64,000 bases of DNA from Spirochaetia bacterium. Lineage in GTDB: Bacteria; Spirochaetota; Spirochaetia; DSM-2461. A program made the translations under genes and the position numbers. Under the pieces are notes generated by a model. The model did no database searches. It was given only the letters and a program-made list of their open reading frames with translations, and had not been told where the DNA came from. Shown piece after piece: positions 1 through 8,955 of the stretch (position 1 is the first letter of the stretch; each line of letters begins with the position of its first letter). The DNA lies in contig OY764216.1 in the NCBI GenBank assembly GCA_963668315.1, positions 2,432,001 through 2,496,000 on the forward strand, given 5' to 3'.

Positions 1-272
1 GCCGCAAGATCACTCTTGACACTCCCGAATACTACAGTTATTACACCTTCTTCGGAAAGTCCAGCGGTATGCATATCGATCAGGTGGCAGCCGGTGTTTT
101 CACCGATGAAGAGGTAGGCAACAAGGTCGGAGGAAGAGCGGGCAACCATATCGATAACTTCGATACATGGCTGGCCGACTATCATAATTCCGCCGGTTCC
201 GCCCCCATGGTCGTTGTGCTTGATATGAACACAAAAACCTTCGGATACTATAATCCTGACGACGACGAATAA
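1..272 (+). CDS. 5'-truncated hypothetical protein, probable homolog of the lipoprotein at 17578-18180
   Basis: The frame of ORF 69..272 is open from the window edge (RKITLDTPEYYSYYTFFGKSSGMHID...WLADYHNSAGSAPMVVVLD). It loosely resembles IALQAPTRIFYEQHGKRWG...LLID...FLAENAHPMTVTVE, and both genes directly precede a GH3. Confidence 0.55.
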   Translation, partial: RKITLDTPEYYSYYTFFGKSSGMHIDQVAAGVFTDEEVGNKVGGRAGNHIDNFDTWLADYHNSAGSAPMVVVLDMNTKTFGYYNPDDDE

Positions 273-300
273 AACGACATTATAGATAGTAGATATGGGA

Positions 301-328
301 CAGAGCGATTATTCTTATAATCGCTCTG
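301..328 (+). terminator. Intergenic hairpin (attenuator or mRNA stabiliser) before the GH3
   Basis: Perfect 12-bp arms CAGAGCGATTAT/ATAATCGCTCTG with a 4-nt loop and a weak U-tail. Confidence 0.5.
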
Positions 329-362
329 CTTGTGTTATGAGAGACTTAGTGAGGATAGGATC

Positions 363-3275
363 TTGAATATTAAAAAGGCAAACTTATATGTCATAACCGC
401 TTATGCTGTTGTATTTCTGGCTATGACGATCGCGGCCAATGTCGTGATCAACCATTGGAGCGGGGCGCTGGAAGTGTACTTCGGGCGTATCGGTTCCACC
501 GGAATATCGGATTTTGAAACGGAATATGCCACCGATGAGGAGCTGCTTCAGGCGGAAATCGACGGGGCCGTTCAAATCGTTGAGGAAGGGGCCACCCTTC
601 TTAAGAATGAGGGAGGCGCCCTGCCCCTGGCGGCAGGGACGAATGTGAGCCTCTTCAGCCAGAGCAGCGTTGACTGGATAGGCGGGAACGTCGCCGGTTC
701 CGATACGGCCGAATCGGTCGTCACCCTTAAGGATGTTCTGGAAGAGGAAGGAATCAACGTCAACTCAACTTTGTGGGATTTCTACAAATCCACCGGTAAC
801 CGCAGGGATCCGGGCGGTAACAACGGCTACGGGCTGCATGAAGCCGATTGGGCGACCGTCAGCAGCGCCGCTTCCTCATCCTTTTCTTCCTACCATGATG
901 CGGCCATCGTCGTATTCTCCCGTGTGAATACGGAAGGCTCCGACCAGGCGACGGACATGTCCCGCTGGGACGGCGAAGCCGGCGATATTTATATGAAGCT
1001 GAGCGCCACCGAACGGGGGCTGCTCAAAGGGATAAAAGAAGCCGGTTTCGGGAAAATCATTGTTCTCATCAACAGCGCCGTTCCCCTTCAGCTGGATTTT
1101 ATGCAGGACGAATCCTACGGCATCAGCGCCGCTCTTCTCTGCTCCGCCACGGGAAATAACGGCTTAACCGGACTGGGCAAGGTCATCGCCGGTATCGCCA
1201 ATCCTTCCGGTCATCTGGTTGATACTTATGTGTACGATAACTACTCCGCTCCGGCCACCCAGAACCTGGGGGATAACCGCTATGTGAACGCCGCGGGTGA
1301 AGTGATGGAATACAGCTACCTGAATTACGCTGAAAACATCTACGTCGGTTACAGATACTTCGAGACCCGTTACGAAGACAAAATTAAGGGCAGAGATAAT
1401 GTGGGCGACTACGATTACTCTTCCACCGTCGCTTTCCCCTTCGGATACGGTATGAGCTATACCACCTTTGACTGGACCGATTATACGATGACCTCCGAGG
1501 GATCCCATATCACTGTTTCCGTGAAGGTTACGAATACGGGAAATATCGCCGGCAAGGACGTGGTGGCTATCTACTTTCAGTCTCCCTACACCGATTACGA
1601 TATAGTCAACGGTGTGGAAAAGGCTTCCGTCGTTCTGGCCGCCTTTGACAAGACCAATCTCCTCAGCCCCGGCGAAAGTCAGGAAGTCGTCATGTCCTTC
1701 AATGCGGAGACCGTGATGAAGTCCTACGATTCCGAGGGAGCCAAGGGTTATATTCTCGAAGAGGGTGATTACTGCATAACCGCGGCACAGGATGCTCACG
1801 CCGCCGTGAATAACATTCTTGCCTTCAATGGCTTTACCGATCTTCAGGCTGCCGGCGAGACTCCTCTCGTTTATGACGCCGATAAGGTCGCCGTTTACAA
1901 GGTGGCTTCCTTTACGCACGTAGGTGAAGATGAAGTAACCGGAACCTCTGTTTCCAATCAGTTCGATTACGCCCGCGTTACCGACGATGAGTATCTCACC
2001 AGAAATAACTGGTCCATGATGGATAATAACGGATTGGATTATTCTACTGGGACTCAGACGGTCGACTATTATATTCTGCCCTCCTGTGCCGATGCCCAGG
2101 GAACAGTGGGAACCCATCCCATGAACGATGAGCTTCTGGCAAACCTTCAGGCTGTCGGCTGGGACGCTTCCGGCAGACCCGCCTCCGAAAAGAATGATTC
2201 TCCCGCTGTCATCAACTCCGATGATTCCGACGAGAGCGAGCTTACCCTCGTTCAGCTGAGAGGCGCTCCCTACGAAGACGAACGGTGGCAGATTCTTATC
2301 GAGCAGTTGAAAGTCAGTGAAATCCACGGCCTTTTCAATCAGGCCGGATGGTCCACGAAGCCTATCGAAAGCATCCAGATGCCCGGAACTTCCTGTAATG
2401 ACGGCCCGACCGGCCTCGGGAACTTCGTGAGCGGATGGACCAGTTACCGCTGGCCCTGCGAAACGCTTATCGCTTCCACTTGGAATACCGATATGGCCTA
2501 TCTTATGGGTTCCTTCGTTGGTGAGGACGGACTCAGAACCGGTGTCGCCGGTTGGTATGCTCCCGCAATGAACCTTCACAGAACGGCTTTCGGAGGACGG
2601 GCTTCGGAGTACTATTCCGAAGATCCTCTTCTTTCCGGATATATGGGCGCCAATACGGTCAGCGGCGCACAGGAGAAGGGCCTATTCACCTTTATCAAGC
2701 ACTTCGCGGTGAATGAACAGGATATCAACCGCGGGGATATTTCCATGTGGTCCACGGAGCAGGCCATGAGAGAACTCTATTTCAAACCCTTTGAAATCAC
2801 CGTGAAAGAAGGCCGCGCTTTGGGTGTCATGGATTCCCAGACCCGTCTCGGATACCGGTTCTGCAAGGGTAACTATGACCTTCTGACCACCGTTCTCCGT
2901 AATGAGTGGGGATTCCAGGGTACGGTCGTTACCGACTATACCAGCGACGGCGGCGCCATGGCGGAACAGTGTCTGGCTGCCGGTACGGATCTGATGCTCA
3001 GTTCTGCCGCTCTCCGGGTCCCCGATACCAAGGCTGACTATATCCGCCATGCTCTGCAGGACGCGGCATTCCACACGGCCTATGTCGTATCAAACAGCAG
3101 TCTGATGAACGGTCTGGCCGGAGGCGCCTCCTACAGCGCGGGCTTCCCCGTTTACGTGCTGATCCTGATCATCGTTGATGTTGTAATGGGGCTTATCATT
3201 ATACTCGCTGAGTTCTTTGCATGGCGCAGTTATCTGAAGGATAGGAAAAATACCGGGAAGGGGGCAAAGGCATGA
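363..3275 (+). CDS. GH3 beta-glycosidase, permuted domain order (GH3_C, Fn3, GH3_N), N- and C-terminal TM anchors
   Basis: Motifs LLKNEGGALPL, NPSGHLVDT, YAENIYVGYRYFETRYED, FPFGYGMSYTTF, EYYSEDPLLSG, KHFAVNEQ and nucleophile VVTDY. TTG start at 363 follows GAGGATAGGA (track start is 330). Confidence 0.92.
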   Translation: MNIKKANLYVITAYAVVFLAMTIAANVVINHWSGALEVYFGRIGSTGISDFETEYATDEELLQAEIDGAVQIVEEGATLLKNEGGALPLAAGTNVSLFSQSSVDWIGGNVAGSDTAESVVTLKDVLEEEGINVNSTLWDFYKSTGNRRDPGGNNGYGLHEADWATVSSAASSSFSSYHDAAIVVFSRVNTEGSDQATDMSRWDGEAGDIYMKLSATERGLLKGIKEAGFGKIIVLINSAVPLQLDFMQDESYGISAALLCSATGNNGLTGLGKVIAGIANPSGHLVDTYVYDNYSAPATQNLGDNRYVNAAGEVMEYSYLNYAENIYVGYRYFETRYEDKIKGRDNVGDYDYSSTVAFPFGYGMSYTTFDWTDYTMTSEGSHITVSVKVTNTGNIAGKDVVAIYFQSPYTDYDIVNGVEKASVVLAAFDKTNLLSPGESQEVVMSFNAETVMKSYDSEGAKGYILEEGDYCITAAQDAHAAVNNILAFNGFTDLQAAGETPLVYDADKVAVYKVASFTHVGEDEVTGTSVSNQFDYARVTDDEYLTRNNWSMMDNNGLDYSTGTQTVDYYILPSCADAQGTVGTHPMNDELLANLQAVGWDASGRPASEKNDSPAVINSDDSDESELTLVQLRGAPYEDERWQILIEQLKVSEIHGLFNQAGWSTKPIESIQMPGTSCNDGPTGLGNFVSGWTSYRWPCETLIASTWNTDMAYLMGSFVGEDGLRTGVAGWYAPAMNLHRTAFGGRASEYYSEDPLLSGYMGANTVSGAQEKGLFTFIKHFAVNEQDINRGDISMWSTEQAMRELYFKPFEITVKEGRALGVMDSQTRLGYRFCKGNYDLLTTVLRNEWGFQGTVVTDYTSDGGAMAEQCLAAGTDLMLSSAALRVPDTKADYIRHALQDAAFHTAYVVSNSSLMNGLAGGASYSAGFPVYVLILIIVDVVMGLIIILAEFFAWRSYLKDRKNTGKGAKA

Positions 3276-3547
3276 AGGATAAACTGAATCTCTCTACGGC
3301 GGCATTGGCGCTGAGTATCATCGGCGGAATACTGGTCGCCTGTAAACTGCTGATTGTCGGACTTGTTCTGGCGGTCATCGGGCTGGTCCTTTCCATTGTG
3401 GGCTTTGTCAGAAGAGGCGAAATGTCCATTAATGTGTATCTGGCCTACTGGTGCATGATCGCCTGTATCACCATTCTCTTTCTGAGCGGGCTCGGTGCCA
3501 CCGGGTACACCGTTTACGATATGATTATGGGACATGATGTTAATTAA
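3272..3547 (+). CDS. Small 3-TM membrane protein, translationally coupled to the GH3
   Basis: ATGA overlap with the GH3 stop; 91 aa, almost entirely hydrophobic. Confidence 0.75.
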   Translation: MKDKLNLSTAALALSIIGGILVACKLLIVGLVLAVIGLVLSIVGFVRRGEMSINVYLAYWCMIACITILFLSGLGATGYTVYDMIMGHDVN

Positions 3548-3602
3548 AGATAATGTTCTAATTCTTTGACATATAAAAGAGGAACCTTTGGGATTCCGGT
3601 AA

Positions 3603-3650
3603 AAAATAGCCTCCTTCTTTTTTGAGTGCAATTAAGAAGGAGGCTATTTT
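3603..3650 (+). promoter_or_regulatory. Hairpin sequestering the transposase RBS and start codon
   Basis: Perfect 17-bp arms AAAATAGCCTCCTTCTT / AAGAAGGAGGCTATTTT; the right arm contains AAGGAGG and the first bases of TTG at 3649. Confidence 0.8.
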
Positions 3651-4749
3651 GTCAGAACAGCTTTACTGTCCCAATCCCCGGTGCCGGAATCATAACCATC
3701 TCCTGGAGGACGATTCCTGGATGCGAAAAAAAGGATTTGTCATGACCAAGAGGGATGGAAAAGTCCAGCGTTATCAGTGCAAAGAATGCCTGGTGACCTT
3801 CTCTCTATCTTATTTCTCTATAGACTATTATGCTCATAAAAATTTATCCTATCCCAAGCTCCTTAATCATCTGGTCAGCGGATCGGGAATCAGGGATATG
3901 GCGCGGGCCATGAAATACTCTCCCTGCCTCATCTCCAATCGTATCCGGCGCCTATCGGAACGGGTTACTGCTTTCTGTGCGAAGGAGATTCATGATCTGG
4001 AACTGCGTGAATCGGTGGCGGCCGACGGCCTGGAGAACTTCATTCTCTCCCAATACTTTCCGACCAACGTGAATGTTCTGGTGGGACAAAGATCACAGTT
4101 TATCTATACCTTCAATGCGCTCCACTTTAAACGTAAAGGTATTTGTACTGACGAGCAGAAAAAGAAGAAGGCGGAACTCTATGAATCGGCCCGCTTTGAG
4201 AAAGGAGCCGCTTCCCGGCGATTCAGGGAAATCCTGGATTTCCTCTCGGAAAAGGCGGAGTCATCATCTTTAAAATCTTTCATTCTGGATACCGATGAAC
4301 ATCCTGTCTATCGATATCAGTTTGATCACCATGAATCCCTTTCTTGTAAGATTTCTCACCGTACCACCAACTCCCAAGTTGAACGAAATTATCAGAATAA
4401 GTTATTTTCCTGTAACTATATAGATAGACAAATCAGAAAAGATCTGGCCGAGTATGTCCGGGAGACGGTCCAGTTCGGGAGAAACATGAATAACAGCATG
4501 GACCGGTTTAACTGCTATTGTTTCTGGCATAATTATCTGAAGCCTTACAGGATTAACCGGAAGAAAAGGAAATACGAATATCATAGCCTGGCGGCAGGAT
4601 TCGCATTGGATCAGATCAAGGATACGGTTCAAGATGTTTTTTATGGGATCAGGAAGAAGGATGAGGATTTTATTGAATATCTCACTGATTATCAGAAGGC
4701 TCACTGGAATAGAGATCTGGTTAATCCGTTGAACAGAAAGGCTGTATGA
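3649..4749 (+). CDS. Transposase (Zn-ribbon, HTH, DDE/D-like core), IS1-like
   Basis: CPNPRC...QRYQCKEC Zn ribbon; SGIRDMARAMKYSPCLISNRIRRL HTH; acidic motifs ADGLE, LDTDEHPVY, NYIDRQIR; enclosed by TIRs. Confidence 0.8.
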   Translation: MSEQLYCPNPRCRNHNHLLEDDSWMRKKGFVMTKRDGKVQRYQCKECLVTFSLSYFSIDYYAHKNLSYPKLLNHLVSGSGIRDMARAMKYSPCLISNRIRRLSERVTAFCAKEIHDLELRESVAADGLENFILSQYFPTNVNVLVGQRSQFIYTFNALHFKRKGICTDEQKKKKAELYESARFEKGAASRRFREILDFLSEKAESSSLKSFILDTDEHPVYRYQFDHHESLSCKISHRTTNSQVERNYQNKLFSCNYIDRQIRKDLAEYVRETVQFGRNMNNSMDRFNCYCFWHNYLKPYRINRKKRKYEYHSLAAGFALDQIKDTVQDVFYGIRKKDEDFIEYLTDYQKAHWNRDLVNPLNRKAV

Positions 4750-4778
4750 TATGAACGGAATGTCAAAGCATGAGAACA

Positions 4779-6095
4779 TTAAGATACGGGAAGAAGAATA
4801 TCTATCCTGAACAATCCGTCCTTCTGGGACATGCGAAAGTTCCCCCGGTATTTTTCCACCGTATAGACGATATTTTTCATACCGAATCCGTGTTCGTCAC
4901 GGTTGTCTTTCTGGGTCAGGGGAAGCCCGTTTTCGAAGTGAAGTTCCCCGGTGCATACATTGATCAGGCAGAGACTTACCAGATCGGCCCTTCGCGCCAT
5001 GTTAAGGGTAATCACCTTTTTTTCGCTGCTTTTCTCCCTTTCGACGGCTTCAATGGCGTTGTCCAGGGCATTTCCCAGAAGGGAATAGACATCGACCGGT
5101 TTCATGAAATCAAGACAGGCTCCGTCTATGATGCAGGAAAAGTCGATTTCCAATCTGTCGCAGAGAAAACTTTTTTCCGTCAGTATGGTATCCAGCGTTG
5201 TATTTCCCGTATTGAAATTTTTATCATAGAGTCCGATCGCTTTTTCCAGATCGTTTAAGCTCTCATCTCTCTGTTCATGGTTCATCTCGCGCATGGCGGC
5301 CAGCTGATATTTCAGATCGTGGAATTTGCGGTTGAGCAGATCTATATTCTGGGTTGAATTCTGTCTCTGCCTGTTTACATCGACGAGAAGGCTTTCCATA
5401 ATCTGTTTGTCACTCAGCAGTTTTCTTCTTTCCAGCATGCCGAACTGGATAATCAGAAGCAGAAGGCAGACGACGACAAGGTAAAATATGGATCCCAGGT
5501 TGCCCATTCCGTGTCCAAAAATATACATGTTCCACGCATTAATCATGACAAGAACAGAGAAAACGAACAGACTGATCTGTTTGTTGTTAACCATGTTCAT
5601 CTCATCCTTCCGGACGATTTTCCGAAGGGAAAAGTTCGTATAGGCAAAGAGGAGCAGAGCCAGCAAAAGACTTATCGTATTGGCCAGGAGGGAACTGCGG
5701 TCCCCATCAAAAAGAAGCCAGGAGAGAAGCTCCATGCATCCGTACCTCAAATGCTGGATGATATAGGCCGCGCTTGCATAGAAGAGAGCCTGTTTGACAT
5801 TCAGGCTGAAAGACCAGAAGATAATCAGCATGGCAAAGATAAAATAGAGAAGATAACCGGCGTAGAACCAGCTGTCGGCGATACGGAAGAACGGTTCGTA
5901 AAGAAATGACTTCCTTATGGGAAACATGAATGTCCAGATGAAGGGCAGTATCAGGTAGCTGACAAGCCCCGTCGCTAATTTCACTCTGCCGTGTGATCTG
6001 AAAGGGTGAAGACGGCAGAAAATGAGAGCTCCCCCCATAAGCATTACCTCGAAACTGCTGATCCATACGCAAAAACGAATATATAGGTCCGACAA
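4779..6095 (-). CDS. Membrane-bound GHKL sensor kinase (AgrC/VirS-like)
   Basis: Multiple N-terminal TM helices; H-box NRKFHDLKYQL; N-box LGNALDNAIEA; G-box EHGFGMKNI. Confidence 0.9.
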   Translation of the reverse strand: MSDLYIRFCVWISSFEVMLMGGALIFCRLHPFRSHGRVKLATGLVSYLILPFIWTFMFPIRKSFLYEPFFRIADSWFYAGYLLYFIFAMLIIFWSFSLNVKQALFYASAAYIIQHLRYGCMELLSWLLFDGDRSSLLANTISLLLALLLFAYTNFSLRKIVRKDEMNMVNNKQISLFVFSVLVMINAWNMYIFGHGMGNLGSIFYLVVVCLLLLIIQFGMLERRKLLSDKQIMESLLVDVNRQRQNSTQNIDLLNRKFHDLKYQLAAMREMNHEQRDESLNDLEKAIGLYDKNFNTGNTTLDTILTEKSFLCDRLEIDFSCIIDGACLDFMKPVDVYSLLGNALDNAIEAVEREKSSEKKVITLNMARRADLVSLCLINVCTGELHFENGLPLTQKDNRDEHGFGMKNIVYTVEKYRGNFRMSQKDGLFRIDILLPVS

Positions 6096-6128
6096 AATCC
6101 CTGCCCCTTATTACGATAATTCTGTAAG

Positions 6129-6839
6129 TTAATAACGCATGCCCTGCATGTATTCCATTATTGTGTTTATAAACTCTTTCTTTTTGGCACGGCTGATTTT
6201 CAGGTTCTCTCCGTTTACGAATACATAGTCATCCTGAATGGCCGAAACATATTTTATATTGACAAGATAGCAGGAATTGCACCGGGAAAATCCGGCTTTC
6301 CCCAGATTATTTTCCGCTTCCGTCATGGTGCCCCATACGGTGTAATTACCGTGAGTCGTGTAATAGACAAGCTGGTGCTTGATGACTTCGATATAATAGA
6401 TTTCCGAAATATCAATAATTTTAAGACCATTATTCACTTTCAGATTGATTTTCTGGGGTTTTCTTTTTTCGGAAATCTCTATGGCCCTTAGGAGCCGCAT
6501 CTTCAGGGCTTCATAGTTTACCGGTTTAACCATATAATCCATCGCATCAACCTCGTAGCCCTTGATGGCATACTGAGCCAGTTCGGTGATGAATATCAGA
6601 ACGGGATTTTTGTGATCTGCGCGGTAAATTTTCGCCGTTTCCAGACCATTCATAAGAGGCATATCTATATCCATCAGGACGATGTCATGCTCGGAGGATC
6701 TATCGTCCAGAAAGCTTTTTCCGTTTACATAACAGGAAATCTCCAGGGGGATGGCGTATTCTTCCTGAAAACTTTTGAGAAGATCTTTGAGCGTTTCGGT
6801 GAATTTAGGATTATCTTCTACGATGGCAATAACGGTCAT
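6129..6839 (-). CDS. LytTR-family response regulator
   Basis: Receiver IAIVED...MDIDMP...KP; LytTR motif FSRCNSCYLVN...ISRAKKKEF. Confidence 0.93.
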   Translation of the reverse strand: MTVIAIVEDNPKFTETLKDLLKSFQEEYAIPLEISCYVNGKSFLDDRSSEHDIVLMDIDMPLMNGLETAKIYRADHKNPVLIFITELAQYAIKGYEVDAMDYMVKPVNYEALKMRLLRAIEISEKRKPQKINLKVNNGLKIIDISEIYYIEVIKHQLVYYTTHGNYTVWGTMTEAENNLGKAGFSRCNSCYLVNIKYVSAIQDDYVFVNGENLKISRAKKKEFINTIMEYMQGMRY

Positions 6840-6925
6840 TTCAGATAAACACAGTATAGAGATTTTTTTCCGGTTCGGAAATATTCAATCCGTTGACTTT
6901 CTGCAATTTTGTTGTGATTTCTTAA

Positions 6926-7055
6926 TGTTCTCAATTATTGACATCCCGATTCAGAGTGCAGTCAGGAGATAATTATCCCGGTCTTCCCCGAGCGTTCCCG
7001 CCGTTCTGTGCCTCTTTCAAGGGAAATACTCTGCCCATGTCAAACATCGAGAACA
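6926..7055. mobile_element. 130-bp non-coding MITE-like element with the same end motif as the IS at 3552-4780
   Basis: Left TGTTCTC-AATTA-TTGACAT (6926-6944) and right ATGTCAA-ACATC-GAGAACA (7037-7055); no clear TSD. Confidence 0.65.
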
Positions 7056-7092
7056 CGGGGGAGCCGAAACGCACCGCTTAGACCCCCGTGTT
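7052..7092 (-). terminator. Hairpin downstream of the MFS gene
   Basis: Arms AACACGGGGG / CCCCCGTGTT just after the MFS stop; overlaps the MITE right end. Confidence 0.55.
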
Positions 7093-7101
7093 TCCGGGAA
7101 A

Positions 7102-8928
7102 TCAGCTTTCTCCGCTGTTAACCCTTTTATCCCCATCGGGAAGGGGCACAGAATTCGTCGATGGGGCGATTTCGATATCTTCGTTATGACCCCAGAGCTT
7201 ATGATAGACCTTATCGGCCAGGCTCTCTTTCACGACTTCCCGTATCTTTTTTTCCGCGGGAAGGCAGTCTGCCGGAACCTGGTCGATGGTTATCCATCTC
7301 TCCATGGCTTCATGGCGGGACATGCCCCGGCTCATGGCGATTTTCCGCACATTGTTCACCGCCTGGATTTCCCGCAGTTTGGCGCCGCTCAGCTTGTAGA
7401 AGTACATGGAAATCATGGTGATGACCCAGGCCGTCATGGGAAGCAGGCAGAAGCAGATGATCGCCGCCAGCCGGACGCCGGTGTAGTCGAATCCGGTCAT
7501 ATCGATACCCGTGGAGGGAAGCTTGCCGTTCAGAGAGGGCACCAGGCCTATGGTGAAGACCGAAATCAGGATGAAGGCGAAGGAGGAGACGAACTTGTCT
7601 ATAAGGGAGAACAGGGTTCCCATCATTCCGGGGACGTAGTTGCCCGACCGGTAGGTCTCGTAGTCGGTGCAGTCGGCTACCATGGGAATGCACATCTCCG
7701 AACTCAGGTTGTAGGCGCCGTAGCCGCATCCGAAAAAGACGATCCAGACCAGGGTGATCAGGTTCGGCCTGAGGGAGATGCTGCCGTCTTCGGCCCACTG
7801 GAGCAGGGAGAGATGGGTGGACGGGTTGTCAGGATTCCAGATCATCAGCAGAACAATCAGCCCCAGATAGAAGAGAAAGGCAATCGCCGTAAACTGGACA
7901 ACGGCCCTTTTCTGCCCCTTGTTTCCCGCCAGTTTCGCGCCGAAGATGAAGAACAGCCCCATGAAGACAAAGGAAAAAGTGTACATGGGAATATAGAGGC
8001 CGTTGTAGTTGTTCATCATAATGTAGTAGATGAGAACGGCCACCGCTCCCGATGTGGCGATGGTGGAGGCCAGTTTGTTGCATCCGGCGGAGAAGACCAG
8101 CCAGCGGATCTGACTGTTTTTTTTCAGAACCCCTACGAAATCGCGGATTCCCGGAGTCTCTGCATCTTCGTCGATACCCCAGTTCTCGGGGATGTCTTTC
8201 TTCCAGATGGCGATAAGGGCCAGCACCGTGTAGACGGCGGATATCGCCACCGTGAAGGGCACCAGAATATCGTAGAAAGCCGGGTTGTACTGGGCGCCCA
8301 GGCCGTTGGCCACATCAACCGGATCGATGATGATGGGAAGAAGCCCGTTCCCCATCATGTTCACCAGGACGATGGAGCCCACCATGCCCACCATGTTCCA
8401 GACAACAAACTGGGACCTTTGGTGGGGCTCGTTGGTGATGCAGGTCTGCCCCGCCTTTGTACAGGCTGTCTGGGCCGTATAACCCAGGACATGGATGACG
8501 TAGCCCAGAATGAAAAGGGCCCATCGGAGACCCTCTGACCGAATCGGCCGGATCAGGAAGAACATGAAGACAACCGAGAAAGCCAGGAGAATGTTGCCTA
8601 TGATCATATAGGGGCGGAATTTCCCCAGCCGGCCGTTCGTCTTGTCTATGAGAGCCCCGATGATCGGGTCGGTGATCCCGTCGAAAATCCTCATTCCCGT
8701 TACTACCGAGGAGAGGACGATCGTCAGGGTGGTCATGGCCGCCGCGGAGAGAACGCCTCCCACGAAGCTGCCGCTCAGATAGTACCCGCCGTAGTAGGTA
8801 ATGAACGTCATCAGGGCCAGGTAACTGTTCGTCGCGGCATTATTGAAGGGAAAGAGAATCACCTGGTAGGGCTTCGCTATATTGATGAAGGACGAAGAAT
8901 CCTTCGATTGGCTGTCTTCTTGTATCAT
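7102..8928 (-). CDS. MFS glycoside-pentoside-hexuronide (MelB/UidB-like) cation symporter
   Basis: RIFDGITDPIIGALIDKTNGRLGKFRPY and MVADCTDYETYRSG motifs; about 12 TM segments. Confidence 0.9.
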   Translation of the reverse strand: MIQEDSQSKDSSSFINIAKPYQVILFPFNNAATNSYLALMTFITYYGGYYLSGSFVGGVLSAAAMTTLTIVLSSVVTGMRIFDGITDPIIGALIDKTNGRLGKFRPYMIIGNILLAFSVVFMFFLIRPIRSEGLRWALFILGYVIHVLGYTAQTACTKAGQTCITNEPHQRSQFVVWNMVGMVGSIVLVNMMGNGLLPIIIDPVDVANGLGAQYNPAFYDILVPFTVAISAVYTVLALIAIWKKDIPENWGIDEDAETPGIRDFVGVLKKNSQIRWLVFSAGCNKLASTIATSGAVAVLIYYIMMNNYNGLYIPMYTFSFVFMGLFFIFGAKLAGNKGQKRAVVQFTAIAFLFYLGLIVLLMIWNPDNPSTHLSLLQWAEDGSISLRPNLITLVWIVFFGCGYGAYNLSSEMCIPMVADCTDYETYRSGNYVPGMMGTLFSLIDKFVSSFAFILISVFTIGLVPSLNGKLPSTGIDMTGFDYTGVRLAAIICFCLLPMTAWVITMISMYFYKLSGAKLREIQAVNNVRKIAMSRGMSRHEAMERWITIDQVPADCLPAEKKIREVVKESLADKVYHKLWGHNEDIEIAPSTNSVPLPDGDKRVNSGES

Positions 8929-8955
8929 TTTTGCTCCTGTATTTCTTAAATAGGC

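Larger units (their letters stand above)
3552..4780 (+). mobile_element. Insertion sequence with IS1-like transposase and about 21-bp terminal inverted repeats
   Basis: Left AATGTTCTAATTCTTTGACAT (3552-3572) matches the reverse complement of the right end AATGTTCTCATGCTTTGACAT (4760-4780) at 19/21. AAGAT flanks both sides (3547-3551, 4781-4785) as a possible TSD. Exact ends are ambiguous by 1-2 bp. Confidence 0.85.

Noticed and set aside
4779..6839. agr-type quorum-sensing system
   Set aside because: No agrB/agrD, bacteriocin or peptide-exporter gene near either LytTR/GHKL pair.
6896..6907. ACTTTCTGCAA resembling the LytTR box half-site upstream of the first regulator
   Set aside because: No partner at 21-bp period; may be chance or a remnant.
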